64,000 nucleotides of DNA from Phoronis australis (lineage: Eukaryota > Animalia > Phoronida), in the NCBI GenBank assembly GCA_002633005.1, contig NMRA01000013.1, positions 975,474-1,039,473 of the forward strand. The letters run 5' to 3'. Shown here one piece after another: positions 24,701 through 39,700 of the stretch. The notes under the pieces were generated by a model. The model was not told the origin of the DNA. It worked only from the letters and a program-made list of their open reading frames with translations, and did no database searches. The position numbers and the translations under genes were made by a program. Every line of letters starts with the position of its first letter. The first letter of the stretch is position 1.

Positions 24701-27700
24701 CCTAGTTTTGTACTTTGCCACTAGGTGGAGTCTTGCAGTAGTTGGTGCTGCAGGGCTTACCATCTTCATTTTCTTTGGTGACCTGGTAGAAATGCTGGTT
24801 GCCACGAAGTCGACATGCCAAATTTGAGCAGGCTCTCAAAAATACTACAGACAGTATACGGATGGAAGTCAGAACCCTTTGGCAAAAATTGGGATAGCCC
24901 GACCATGTTCACCTGAGTCGGGAGGTGATCCTGTGCACAGGATAGTGGGCTGGGGAAGTTGGCAGTTGTTCAAGTGCGCTGATTTTCCGTTAAAGCAACA
25001 TAGACGATACAGGTATTTTTTGTAGTATTACTACCAATGTGTACCAGTGTACAGCTTTGACAGTGAGTTCAATGTCTGCTAATGGCAACTTATTCTGACA
25101 CTTTTTGTCCCACCACAGTCCAACCAGACCATACTGGGGGTGATGGGCGTGGACGTCACCACGAAGGACATGGAGTCGCAGACACCTAAAAGGGAGGTGA
25201 GTAGTTTGGCCAACAACCTTCAGTTCGGAATGGTATCTCAAAAATGATTTATCCGGAATGCAAGGAATTTTTGGTAGTGACATTTCTGTAAAATTTGGAA
25301 CACTGAATGTTTTCTTGTAGTTATTTTGTTTTTAGATGTGTGTGAAATGATGGATGATGCCTCAATTTTTACATTATCTCATTCATGTGTTGGTAATTTT
25401 TTTTTCTTTTTTTTATAATTCTTGATACAAAAGCCGAAATAGTAAAATGTGGAACAATTTATTGTCCGTATCCAAAATGTTACTTTTCCCTGTATTTTGA
25501 TTTGTATGTTTTCGGCATCACTAAAATACGTGTGAAAGCGATAGTGGGGGTGCTTAAAATGTTTAATATTTTGAAATTATAGTAATTATTTAACGTGAAC
25601 CCAAAGATGTGGTGCTGTAAAAACAATCTGTAAACTCGGGCAAAGTCATGTTTCTTATTCAGTTTGCAATTTCCATTTGTTGCTGCTATATTTCTTTATT
25701 TTTTTAGATTGGTATCCGCGGTTACGCTTTTGCAATCAATGCCAACGGCTTCATAGTGTTCCACCCCAACTTGAAGGGACAGGTACAGTGATTTTTAATG
25801 TTGATTGAGAATTAGGTTTTTGAATATCCAAACTACTTTTTGTGAACTTAATATTTTGTATATGCGTGTATTTATGCCAATGTGCCGTTATCCAAAGTAG
25901 TATGATTTATTTCTAAGATAGATTTTTGTCCTTGTGTTTTTCATGTGGTAGCATGCACCTTAGCCTCACTTTATACATGTAGGTGGTGTTGGCTATTTCC
26001 TTGCGGGTGTTTTATGGGCTTTTATTCATTTTTATCACTTTTCAAATAATTATTAATCAAATGCCACTGTTTTGTTACTGCTATCTAATTTCACTCTTAA
26101 ATTTCGCACCTGAGTTTACTCAAGTGTTTCACATAACAGTGTGGGCACCAAATTCCAAATATAGCTGCAGCCGGCTTCACCTGAAGGCGCATGGGCCCAA
26201 TCAGACATGTATTATGCTTTTTAATCAAAAACACCATTGACTATTAGTTGTATTGATCTGTAAGCCTGCTAGTTATTATGAAGTCATGGCTCTTGCCTAG
26301 TGATATTATTTGGTTGAGGAACTTTTTTCGCCACCATCTGCCAGAAATTCTCATTTTGAGGCTTTTGATGGCGAATGAATGACTCAGCGTGATCAGCTTA
26401 TCTTGCGAGGATGTAATGAATTCTCTGAATAATGATTTCCATGGTTTTGTTAGCATTTATATAAACAAGTCGGAAGTAATGGGCCCACATTTTGAGAACC
26501 AGATTGATGCCGTTATGCTGTGGAGAAAACTGGTTCTCAATATATGAGCGCGTTATATCTGGCTATTACCCTGTTGTGGATTTTCTCAGAATTTGGAGAA
26601 TGTTGAGTGATCTAACTTGTATTCTGATCAGTGTCTGATTATTTTGTTCGCAGCATGGCTATCTCAATGATCCTCCCAATGTGGACCTCGTGGAAATTGA
26701 ATGGAGCAGTAAGGACAAGCTAGAGGTAATTAGGGATAGTCTTGGCATCCTTCACTTGCCCAGAATTTAGGATAATACGCGAACGGTAAAGTTTCCTCAA
26801 ATTTGAACAAAAATAATGGCCAGAATTGTGTGCGTTTCTTTAAACATTCACTGTATTGCCAGAAGTGGTCGGAATTGTGCTGCGTGTTTGTTGAAGACAG
26901 CCGAACTCTGTCAAGTTTTCAAATAATCAAGGGGTTTTTTACATTAACTCTTTAAAAGCAAAATCTTAAAATTTGAACACGGGAGATTTTTTTCTTAATA
27001 AGTTTATTTACCGAGAAAGCACATCATTAGTGAATAGTAAATACGCCTGGGGTTGGGTGGTCCCAACTACATATCTTTACAGCATACTAGAGGACAATGC
27101 GTCATATAAATAGAACAAATAAGTATCTGGAAAATAACTCCTAATGATTGGACGGATAATTGGCCGAGATTATTATAAAAGGGGGAGGGAAACGGGAAGG
27201 GGAAGGACTTTCATACACTCATTCACACTTACATTCACACGGTTTAATTAACTTATTTGTTTACACTAGGTGCATGTTTATGAAAAGGTCAAATTTCTTA
27301 TAATACGACATAGAAGTGATGAAAAAATAACACCATATATTGTTTGAATCATTTCAAAAGAGATGCCTGCAAAACCCTCCACTGTTCTGAACTTTTATCC
27401 AAGGTGTCAAAAAGTATAAATTTGAACTTATTGAAAGAAGGTTGAGACCCATCTCTCGATGATGTATAAATATAATGTTGAGCATGAGTGTATATGGTAT
27501 TGAATATTTCACTTAGATTGCTAAAGAAGCAAACTAAGAAGTGGTACAAAGATGGCTCAGTGTGTAAGTTAAAAACTTTATGTACGAAATGATGTAAAGA
27601 ATTCCAGAAGCATTTAACACAGAAGCAGCTGTAAAACGTATGCTGAAAAGTCTTGACCTCGCCACAGTAGAGACATTGGTCTGTTTATGAAACATCAAAT

Positions 27701-30700
27701 ATTTTTAACTGAATTCTTTTGTGGATGAAAAAGTACTTATTAAATATTGTCAAATGAGGGTTTATGGGTAGATTGAAATAGAGATTATATATTTGTTTAA
27801 TTTTGTGTAATAGTTGAGCAAAGACACACAATTATCTGGTTTCACAGAAACTTTAATCCATGAATTGGAACTATTGAACAAAAAAATGTAATGTTATTAC
27901 AAGTAACAATCCTCCTGTTTATCCCCACTCAGAATTTTCAGAGGATAACATTGAATGAATATGTTAAACAGTTCTTCTACAAGTTTAAACCATAGGCAGA
28001 TTTTGGGGTGGAGGACTGCCCCCCCATGCCTACAGAGGTCTGACCAAAAAGTTGGCATCTACGACTTGAAACGTCATTTTGCATTAAAAAATCGCCGTTG
28101 GCTTCCTTGATCTACCAGAGTGTAGAACTAGTCTAAAGTTGGTCAACCCTCTAGCCGATGATAGCAAGCTAATTAAGTGGTCCCGCAGTTTGAGAATCAG
28201 TTTTTGCTGCTGAATAACTGACATTGAACTGATTCTCAAAATCTGGGACCCCTATAAGTGACTACTGCCCCCAATACAATGCTACCTGTTCTTCCGAGTT
28301 CCTCATGTGTGGCAAGTTTACTCAGCTGGTATAGTCATGTAATCAACTTTTTGTCCATTCCTGACAAAAATATTCTGATTTTGTTTTTATAATAATAATT
28401 ATTTTCAAGTTATCAAACTTACCACGTGTTATCATTGGTGTTTTACATTTTGTTTTTAGATGAGGAAAAGAATGATACGGAATGAAACAGGCTCTCATGT
28501 GATTGACAATTTTGTACTTTATGAAGCTGAGGTGAGTTTATTTTGTTTTTATATATTTTTGCTTGTGTGATGAAAATTATAATTTGGTTGCCTGAGACTT
28601 TTTGCAGTTATGGTCACAGTGCCCAGAGTACAAACGTTGTTCAGTTGCGTCTTGTATTTTTAGTTACAAATTGATTGTATCTAATTTTATACAACATTCC
28701 TTTTCAAAACCAGCAATGGTACGACAAAGTGGATAATGAATAAATTTTACAAACACATTTAATTTAGTAAAGTATTTTCACTCAAATTGGAAACATGCGG
28801 TGTGGTTAATGTTTTACATTGAGTTGGAGAGTGACTGAGCAGACGTAAGCGGCTGATCTTCTGACTGAATCTGACGTCCGTCTGCAATCTGGCGAAGATT
28901 AATGTGTGAACGGTGCATTTTCATTGCACGACGTGTTGTTTCAGAGATATATAAGGAAAGAAAAACTAACATACTACTTTCGTGGGATTCCGGGCACAGA
29001 ATTTAGGTAAGCTGATGCCTGAGACAGACGTCTGTCATTTTTAAACTGAGTTTAGAAAGTAGAGTAAGGGTTAGATTTCTAAGTCCTTGCCACCTTATTG
29101 TATTTTTGCTTTGTGGTCTCAGGTACGAATAACGAAGAAATAAATTTTCAAAACTGTGCTGCCTTGGAAGTGAAAAATTAGGTCACTATGTGTTGTCTGC
29201 TTAATGAGTGGATTGTTTTTGTCCTGTACATTTCGAGTCCTATGAACTAAACACAGATATCATTTCTACTCAGACAAATAGAAGTTTAGTGTTACCATAT
29301 ATTAGTGCTATAGATTTTTAGACATATTAAAACAAGTGTACACAGTCACTTTCTTTGTTTGACTTCATTATATTGATAAGAATTCAGGATGTCAAAGTCG
29401 GGGTGTCTGAAAAGAGCCATTTTGTTGGCAGCATCACCTGATCACTTGATTTCTTGCTAGGAACAAACTGCGATGGATTTGATTGTTAAGCGTGATCATA
29501 CTCAACGTGGAGTTTTGACGTTGATCAAACACAGAAGAAAACTTTTGTGCTAGAAAGTCTAAAGTTAATATAACTTACGCAATTGAAATAACATAATCCC
29601 TATTTTAGCAAGAAAAGCAGGACCTACAATAAATTTCAATTAAAGTTGTCGCACAAAATAACCTTTCCATCACAATTGTTTTATTCTTTTAATACCAAAA
29701 ATGTCTGGTATTACTGTCATGGCTACAAAATTCTAATGACAATGACTAAGCAACCTTTATTTATTAGTAAATTTTCTATTGTTTCGCCTTCATTCTCAGT
29801 CAATAAGGCTACTTTGCCGATGAATTCTGCCTGCCGTTGTGACAGGGAATTTTGGATCATTTTGCCTACCCTTTTCATGCTCTGTATTCTGCTTTCTTGT
29901 ACTTGAAGTATTGGATTTGCTATTCCGGAGGGCGTCGAGAAGTATCTCAAAGTTAAACCGGGCAGCAAAACTGCAGGTAAGAGATTATCAATCTCATCAA
30001 TTTAGGACAAAATGATGGATTAGTGAATTTTTTCTCACTGTTAGAAAAGATTGTGCGTGGGATTTTGTTGAAGCTTTGCCTTGTTCAAGTATGGTGCACA
30101 TACCTACCATCAAACTGGTACCTACTCCGCGTAAAGCGTGGCGTTCACAACAAAGTTTTAGCTTTTAAAAAGCCCTGGGGAAAGTTAAGAAATGGCAATT
30201 TTTATAATTATTTTTGTCCGTCGTTGCTGATAGTTTACCGTATGTTAAAAAGGTTCAAGGTGTACACCTTGACTGGTTCACCTGTACCTGGTTCCCAATT
30301 GCCATGGTGTCGGTGCGCAGATGGAGGTTTATTAAAATGGAGGATTTTACGTCACAGGGAAGCATTTGTATTTCGATGTCATAGATTGAAAGAGAAAATA
30401 AAAAAACGGAAACCAAAAGGCACCTTGACCTCTTCTAAGCACGATAGCACCTAAATTTAGGGTTCTTCAAGCGACCAAGAGGCTCATCTGTGTAAAGCAG
30501 TCAACTTGAGCTTGTTATCACAGTCACTGTCTAAACCTTCTCGTGTTTGCGACACTGCTTTAATCTTAGCAAATTAAAATGTATGTTTATCAAAAAATGA
30601 AAATTATAATTGAAATTATGTCTTTTGGTTGTTAAGATTGCTTGTCGTTCCGATGTACCATTTCCAGTCGGTGGCAGATCTTAGATATCATGAGGGAGGC

Positions 30701-33700
30701 CCAGCGTTTTTCATTTTGCAATATTTGCACCCTTCCCAGCATATGCATAGTAGTCACAGAGAAGTAAATTCATGGTTATTTGCAACGTAATAAATGCCAA
30801 AATTTATTTCCGTATAATTTTACTATTTATTCTCTTTGTCGTCCGCCAAAGGGGACCCCTGAGCCTCCCCTAAACCCACCACTGGTTTTCTTGCTCTTTG
30901 TTTCAATTTTGTCTTTGAATGTTTTTGTTTTTTCCTAACTTAATAATTCATAAGACTAGTACTGACTTGGTTTTATTGTTTTAGGCATTGAAGCACTTAG
31001 GTCAAACACGAGTGAGGTCATCTTAGCCCCTTGGTAAGTATAAAAAGGCATTTCCAATTGTGTCATTTTTGGAATTTTCAAAGACTGGTTAGCATGCGGC
31101 AAATAAAGTAAATTTACTAAATGTTGTTTTATAACATCTAAACATGGGAAGCAATGCTGAAATTACGCTAAAATGTCCTTAATATTTATTTTTGCGGAGA
31201 TATTTGAGAAAAGAGAACTTTACTTGTCTGCAATATGGACAGGTGTGCTAAATTAGTGACGAATTATCACATTCTTGTTTCATTAAAATGGTGACTGTCA
31301 GTGGTATGTTAAAAATTAGGTGAAAATAATTTCCAGTACTTTTTTCATTCTTCCATAGCTTCTAACAAATTTCTGTAAATCTTCACATTTTCTCGTAACA
31401 GTGACTGACAGTAGCTATGGTGCTGAATTTCAAATTATAGTAAACCAATGTTTTACGCAACAAAATATCAAATAGCATAATTGCACTTGTCCACCAAGCT
31501 TGGTCTTAGACCGTTAAACCATTGACTTTGATCACAGTTGTCAGGGATTGTAGTACTTCTCTTGTAGTAACTAAATTGTTGGCAGGGTGAACCATAACTT
31601 GTGCTTCAAGTTGGTAACTGATCAGGACAGTGTGGTACAAGTTTACAAAAGATCCCCATTACTTTCTTTTACACAAAATCACTTTGGCAAAGTCACGTAA
31701 AATGTACGTAAGAACTCCAGATACTGTCTCAGAAGTCCCCGGTACTGTATTTGATATCTGATATTGACAACGCTCCGTTTCACGTATAGTTTTTTTGTTT
31801 CCGCACAGGAATTACTGTCGTAATATCACAATTGGAAACCTGGGAAAAGTCAACGATCCTGCCGTCGTGATCGAGCAGATAGCATCAGGTGATCGAGCAT
31901 GTAAGTATTAACTATAATTAGATGTCAAGTTCCCTTAAATAAATAATGATGAATGAAAATAACAAATAGTTCAGGGCCCTCGCGTCCTTTTGGGAAATGT
32001 ACTTGTGATCGATGATAGGTGAAATTTTCCATTAGACAAAATCTCACCCAAGTTTGCTACCGATTCCCTCGCCCCTGATGATGTGGAAGTTTGCGTAATT
32101 TTTTAATGTTTTTCCGACAATGAAGGAAGATGAGCTGCATTGATCCTTAAGGCATCAAGGGCCTGTAATTATATATTAGATGGTCATAAACAAAGTAGAA
32201 ATTCAAAGTAATACAACATTGATTTGCATGAAACTGTGAAATAATAAGTCCATATAAATTACTCTCTTTTTGAGCTCATTTTTGCCACTATCAGAATACA
32301 GTACCTGAAAACTGTTAAACACATTCAATCTATCGTATTTGTCGTCTGGTACCACGGCAAATTGCAAAGACAATAAAATATTTGCTTAAATAATAAGTCC
32401 TCACCTGTTTGAACCTCAGGATAAGTCGGCTGTCTCAACAAAATAAATGCCAGGTGCAGAGAGGCTTTTAAATACAAAAAATGACAAATTACTTTGTGTG
32501 TAATAACGGGAAATTATAATTGTAAGTTAAGTCGTCCTTTTATTGAGAGGTCTCTGAGAAAGTGGTTCCTGAAAACTCACACACTGTTTTTATTGCAGGT
32601 GTTAATACGGAGGACCTTGTGCCTTACCTGTTATGGGATGCCAAGGCATGTAAAGACCTTCACAACAAATGGGTGGAGTTTGACGAAAAACACAGGTGAG
32701 AGTTCCTTTGACGTAACGCTTGATTTGGTTTTGTAAATTAAACCTGTACACCCAAGGGAGTATGAGACACTTTATTTGTGAAGTTGCATAGCTGAAAAAG
32801 GATACCAGTGAATTTTGAAGTAGACTTGTTATCTTTTGTCAGGGAATGATGTCATCAGGTCAGAGGTGGCAATCTTTTGAGTGAGTGGTTCGAATGAGCT
32901 TTTGATCCAAATTCAAGTTTTTTGAATACAAAGACCTGACATCTATAAGTGTCCACATACAAATGCATAACATTATTCCAGTGCCATCTAGTGATAGCTT
33001 TGATGACCTGAGCATCGCTAAATGATAACTACCGTGTTTGTGAATGACCGAAGTCAGCCAGAAATGTTTAAGTGACTTCACAGTTTACAGATAGAAATGT
33101 ATGTTCCTCTTGTACGGGAGTCTTGTAATTTATTTAATTGTTTACTGTTTCAAGTCTTGAAGTTGTTGTTTAATATAATCGAGAGAAATGAAAATTTAAA
33201 ATTCGTTTGAAAATGAGTGTCATATCATAAAGGTACAGGTCATTTGAAATTCAGTGCAATCTGTTTCAGAGGTGACATGGTGTTCCGTATTGTTCAAACC
33301 CTTTATGGTGGTCTTACCCGTGCATATCCTGCGTCAGGGTAAGTTTCCAGGAAACAAGTGCATGATTAAAAAGCCTTGTTGCCGTTTTCATTCTGTCATG
33401 TTGGCCATTAGATTCGGAATCATGTTGCAGAGATTCGTTGTTGTAATTTCTTTTCAAAATTTTGAGTGTCATCTTGCCTTCTTGCAAACAGGAAAGGGTT
33501 CCATCTAAGTAATGTTTTGAAGCTGGACCCAACTCGTTCCTTACCCTGATCAGATGTGATTTTGAGCTGGAAAAGAACTGACAGTTTGGGGTTGCTCAGC
33601 ACCATGCTCTGTGCATAAAATGACCAGCTAGGTCAAGTCAACAGCAATCAGGAATTAGCAGTTTTTCCCAAATCCAGAAATCCACTCTAAATTTAGTAAT

Positions 33701-36700
33701 GGACAATTTTTTGACAGAAGGATTTATTGTCCGTTCAAACTTACTCTTACTGTGTCATCCTCAGTTTGGAATTCTTTGTTTTTTGTTGGCCTTACAGAGC
33801 AAACGCATCTTATGGAGCACTAGCCATGCATGAAATGTGGAAACATTCGCTCAATCAAGCAGCAGATGCTCATGAGGGGTACCACTTTAGAGCCCCATAC
33901 ACTGCCGGTCCATTCAATCTGTCCGTCCTAATGGATCTTAATGTGACGAATCTCCACAGCGTTACTGTTGCAACAGCTGTGAGATACAAGACTGAGCGTG
34001 TCACAACTGCAGGTGAATTCCTTGGATATTTTTATTGATTCGTGAAAAGCATTTGAGGTTATGACTCAGGATCTTTCTGGCATTTTTTTAAGTTCAATGG
34101 TTTTTGTGCAAGTGAACAAAGTATGTATTAGATCATTGTGCAATCATAGTGCCATTGATGGCTTTTTAGCTTGTCTGACCAATTAGAACGCAGCATTCTT
34201 GACACACCTTCTTTTCCAAGCTGCCATTTTGCCCAACAAACAACACGTTGCTGGGTGAAACTTGTTGGGTTTTTTGTCGACATTTCGCCAAGAGGCGGAG
34301 CTTGTGATTGGTCAGTTGTCTACATGATAGACTGTAATGTTTTCTCTTCTTAGTTCTCGTGGCGCAGTTGTCAGCAATCAAGCTTCACGCGTTCCTGACA
34401 AATCTCACAAACGATGAGGCAGATGTGTGCTCCGATGACCTGACAGTCGATTGTTACCTATTGGACGAGGGTGCCTTCATAGTGTCTACTAATCAGGAAC
34501 TACAGACTACAGGACGCTTCCTGGGCAGAGTTGACACCAGTCTCATGAATGCTCTCGTCAATAATTCCATCTTCAAAAAGTAGGTGGAGTTAAGCTAGTA
34601 AGGAAGGTCCAGTGGAGTCTGTGAGTTTAGTGTTGGTTTTGTACGGCAACAATATAAAGGTTAAGTATGCCCTCCCGCCTAATTGGTGTGAGCTAGACTG
34701 GTAGCGTCCAAGGTCAGTCCCCTGGTACATAGCGGAAACTAGACAGCTCTGGGGCCTGTTCCAACAAAACTGACTTAGATAAGAAATCTTAAGTTTTAGT
34801 AAGTTTCAAGATAAAACTTAAATTAGTCTTGAGACTGTTTTAAGAAAGAGATCTTAAGATTAAATTAAGTTTTTGATAAAAGTTATATCTTAATTTTATT
34901 ATCTTACCAGATGTTGAAGTTTGGAAGTATGGAAGTTAAGACAAATCTTAGACTTAAGTCAAAAATGAACTTAAGTCAGTTTCTTTAAATGGGCCCCTGA
35001 TCTATTCTGGCTAAGAATTGTAGATAGAAATGATGTCGGGTAACTTAGCCATGAAGGCTGCCTTTGTCAACAAGGACACATATTGGTCCCCTCATCACAA
35101 TAAATGTGTTTTACTTTTAATTCTGCGTTGATGAATGCTGGGTAATAGCAACATGTTTAAAATCCATGTATGCTGCTTTGGTGTTAGTTCTTAGTATATG
35201 TGTAGCACTGAAAGACACCTATCAGGCTAGTCAGATCATGTGACTTTCCAAATAAGGAGGTCGACACTGCCAGGTACTTGACAGCTGACCACACTCGGAG
35301 GCTAGAATGAGGCTTGATCAGTTTTGTGCTTGGCTATTGTCTTAACCAGAAGTTTTTTAATGGGATTCTGGTTGAGATCGTTTTTTAAGAAAAGAAAAAT
35401 TCTTTCCTTCGCAAAATAACACTGAGTTTCTGTTGTTTTTGCTTTTAGAACTGTATTCTGGGATCACCAAGCAGCCTGTCCACCCGAGAAAGCCACTGTG
35501 AGTGCTGGGCCAAGGACTCTTACTGTGGTGAGTTGAATAATGATTGTGATAGAAGCCTCTCTATGCTAGAGCACTGAATGGGAGATCTGGCTTTGTGTGT
35601 TTTTTATTCTTACCAATAGATGTCTATACGTGTTGTTGAGCATTCTGGGTAATGAAAATTGAGCACCTTCTTGTTCTCATATAGCCTGGGTACTGTAAAA
35701 ATGAGGATAAGTTGGACAGATTTTTGCTGAACTTTGTCATACTCTGCCTAAGTTTGACACAATTTATATCACAATTATTCAACAGGAACAAGGTATTGTA
35801 GTTGTGGAATTTATGTCAGAGATGAATTTAGACAGATCCCATAGATATCAGCCTTGTACAAGAGCTATTGAAAGAGTTTTGGGGATTTTAGATGGAATTA
35901 TCTGCCTATCAGAAAGTATATTAAGTGTATTTAGATGCCCTATTGCACTTAAAATTGAAGTTTTGTTGAAGTTAGACATTATGGCCTATTTTGAAATGTC
36001 CTGTGCATTTAATCATTCAGCAAGAAGTTCAACGAACTCTGTTAGAAATTGACCCGAGGCAGCATTTTCGCGGCGTTAACACAATTCATCTAAACTCAAG
36101 AAGATGCATGTTGAGTTAAAACTTTGGGATTGACCTTGGACGCTATTGCACGTGACAGATAAAACCCAACGAACGAAAGTCAGGCATTTCATTTCGTGGT
36201 TATCAATTTTTGTTGATCGCTTTTCCTAAGTTTGTATTGTGCTTTGGTCTGTGGTAGTGTACATAGGTTCCAAGAAATGAAAACAGACCTCAAAAATCTG
36301 TTATTGTTGAAGGAGTGGGCGACAAGGGTTTTACGACTGATAACATAAATACGTGTTTTAGTATTTCAGTCTTGGAGGGGGTAACTAATACTAACAATGG
36401 CATAAAAGCCTTTCCCACTGGCTCCGAAATTTCAGTCAAGGAACACTTAACTTTGGCCTTTGGATCGAAGTTAACAGCGTGAGTTTACACCAGAGTAAAG
36501 ACTAAGGTGATTTAACAGTGGTCAACGCTTAACTTTGGTACCACCAAAGTTATCGGTAGAGGTCACTGCATTTGCCAACAGTGGGCGGTGTCTGTTTAGT
36601 ATATGTNTTTTTAATTCTATGTTTCTGTGGTGCTTTAAGCAACTGGTGTATAGGATGTGCTTGTATTATGAACATTACTCACATTTTGCCCCTAGCCTAT

Positions 36701-39700
36701 TGAGGAGACAATGACCATGCCTTTCCATTTTGCAAAGTATGCCCTCTACTGGCCACTTAATGGTACCAATAAATAACCCTAGAAGGATACCGTATGCGGT
36801 GCAATTGTGGGCGCATTTCAACGCTCCGCGTTGCTCTTGTTTCTTGATAGGGAGTTACTCAAAATAAATGATATAACGTTCTTCTCCATACCGTCATCCC
36901 ATAAGGATTTCTTAGAAATTGTGGCCATTCGTTATTATGTTAGAAGGCTTTGAAAATTGAAAAGAATGACAATTATTTTTGTTCAAAATTGGACAGGTGA
37001 AATTTTTTCCATACTCAAACTTGTTTACCCGGGCTCAAGTTTGGAGGGGCTCAGGGCGGCCCCTTCAAAATGATGGGATTTGACACTGTGTTCACTGTCT
37101 CGCTGATTCCTTGGATGATCCATTAATGGTGAAATCAAATTAATGTCGTTATACAAAATGCTTGTGATACAGGATGTATAGCTAAGTAATCTGCATTTCA
37201 GTTCTGGAGTAGTTACAAAGACGAAAATGTCTCCCTAACTTCCCGAGTTTCATTTAAAGTGGCTTTTGATTTAGACCACTTACCGCTTCGAAATTGGTCT
37301 GAAATTGTTTCTGATAGTCATTGGAGGAGATTTAAGGGCTTTGAAGTAACTGGAAGTTCGTTATCGCCCGAGACTGGGCTTCTTAAGTTGGCTTGTCATA
37401 ACGCGTCGTTTTATGCGCTGAGCCTGGTGTCAAATAATGAACTTTGAATTCTTTGCAAACCTAGAAATGACCTTTCATGTAAGTAAGGGCAAAAGTGTTA
37501 GTTATAAGCAGTCAAAGTGAAATGTTCACTTTTCAGGTGAAATGTAGGTTGGCAGTGGCTTTAATTACAAAGTTTTCTTTATCGTTTACAGTACAAGACA
37601 GAAGTGATCGAATAAAATACAGTTTTCCCGTCATGGCTGCTATTGGTATTAACTGTTACAAAATTACGGTGTGGTTTAGCCAGTGTTGTTTATTGCCCGT
37701 CATTCTTGGTCATGAGTGGAGACTTTATTGACAATGAATTTCGCTTCCACCTAGCCATCACGATGGAGGAATTCAGGGTCATTTTGTCGGAATGCATTTG
37801 ACTTGTACTGTACAGTATTCCCCTTGTTCACTCTTGAGAACCTTGTATTTCAGCCATTGTTTTATGAAGCACTCAGTCTCAATTGGTGGACAGCAGGGAT
37901 CACATGGTTGTGGATGAACTTTAACCTCTATAACATGCTGTTCTCATCCCCGTCAAGCTTTGGTGAGTTGAACATACACAGCCTCAAAACATCTAACAAG
38001 AAATTAAAATCCACTCATAGTTTTTTATCTTAATTTATAACATAAAATACCAAATGAGTTTTAATGGCATTGACTACGGCCGTCACGTTTCAACTGATGT
38101 TGGTGAGCCTTTATTAGCTTTTTTGTCATAAAAATAAAATGAATATATTCCTGTTGGAATTTGATTCGAACACACTATGTACAGTGCAGTTCATAATTTT
38201 TTTATCAGACGGGCATCATCTAGATGGTGGCTTCAAAGGGTTGGTGTTTAATTTGCCTCTCTGGGAAGCTGGCATCCAAGACCCCCGTCTTCTAGGCATC
38301 CGGTTGTTGATCTTAGTGATCGTCATATCAACAACTTACCATATGATGGGATGTTCACTTGTTTCATAGAATAATATTATCAATGAAAAAGTAAATACAT
38401 TTTTCTCGGTTGCATGTGGTCTGTCATGTCCACCATAGTTTTAAATTTTATCCATCGGAAGTCGCTTCCATGCGTTTAAATTGCTTAAAGGTTGTGCAGT
38501 ACATAGCCACGATAATTAAAAAATTGTCATGAATTTACTTTCATGACGGCAAGATGCCTGTGAAATTCATTGCTACAATAGTTATCCATCAGTCTGATGG
38601 CGTCGTCATTGTCGCTAAAACAGCTTTTTTAAATTATCTCTTATGACAGGAAACTTGGTAATAGCTGAATGTAACATGCCCGCATTTTGAGAACCAGTTT
38701 TACCCATTGAATAACAGGCATTAAGATGGTTCTCAAAATGCGAACATGTTATGTCCAACAATTGCTGGAAACAGGTACTGTGCCTGCTTTTTTCCAATGT
38801 GTACTGCTGTTTGTCAGATGTTATCAAGAATGATTTTTCGTGTTTGTTAACAATTCTAGTGTCAGCTGAGTTGGGCACGGATGCGTTCACCAATCGAAGC
38901 TGTACCAACGAGACATATCAGTATCACTACGCACTCAGCAACTCCTCGTTTCAGGGCAGCATATCTTGCAGCCTCGATTGTAGTCGGTAAGATGTTCTCG
39001 GTGGTGTTGCCGTGGTTACTGATAAATTTGATGGTTGTTGTAAATAATTCTGGACTTAGTTGTCTAGGTGCCAGCTTAGATATGTCTCAGTGGGCACTTT
39101 ATTTATACGATTGTATTATTTTCCATATTTTGATATTGAGTGCTGTTGATGTTTTGCTGTGATCAAAGAATTTTAATCATCTCTGCTCTATTTATATGGT
39201 ACAGTCATGGAACCCACTTAATGTTTTCTTGAATAAATGATTCAACAAAGGTGATTCTCACATGTTAGCGTGAGTATTTGATTTTCTGTTGAGAGATTAA
39301 CCCAATTCATCTTAAACTCATTTGCCTTATCAGATTTTGGCGCCTTAGGTAAAAATCAATCGTTTCAGGTTTACCTGTATTACTCTGAGTCTCCACCTAG
39401 CATGAGTAACTTATCGCAGTGGTTATGATCACCGCCAAGTCGAAACCTGCTTAATGGAACATCTGCCTTTTATCATAATTTATGTCGCAGCTGAGGGTAC
39501 GACATAAAGAGTTCATCACTGTATCGTGTTTCATTGACATTTTTTTTACGTTTTGTTCATGCTTCTGATGATTGTGTGTTTGACGCTTTATTTCAGAACA
39601 TTTTTACACACCTGGGCACGCAGTGTCTTGGTTACCTTTCAGTATGCTCCCACGTTAGTTGCATTCACCTTCCAAATAGCTTCTCGTTGCTTTGTAATTT

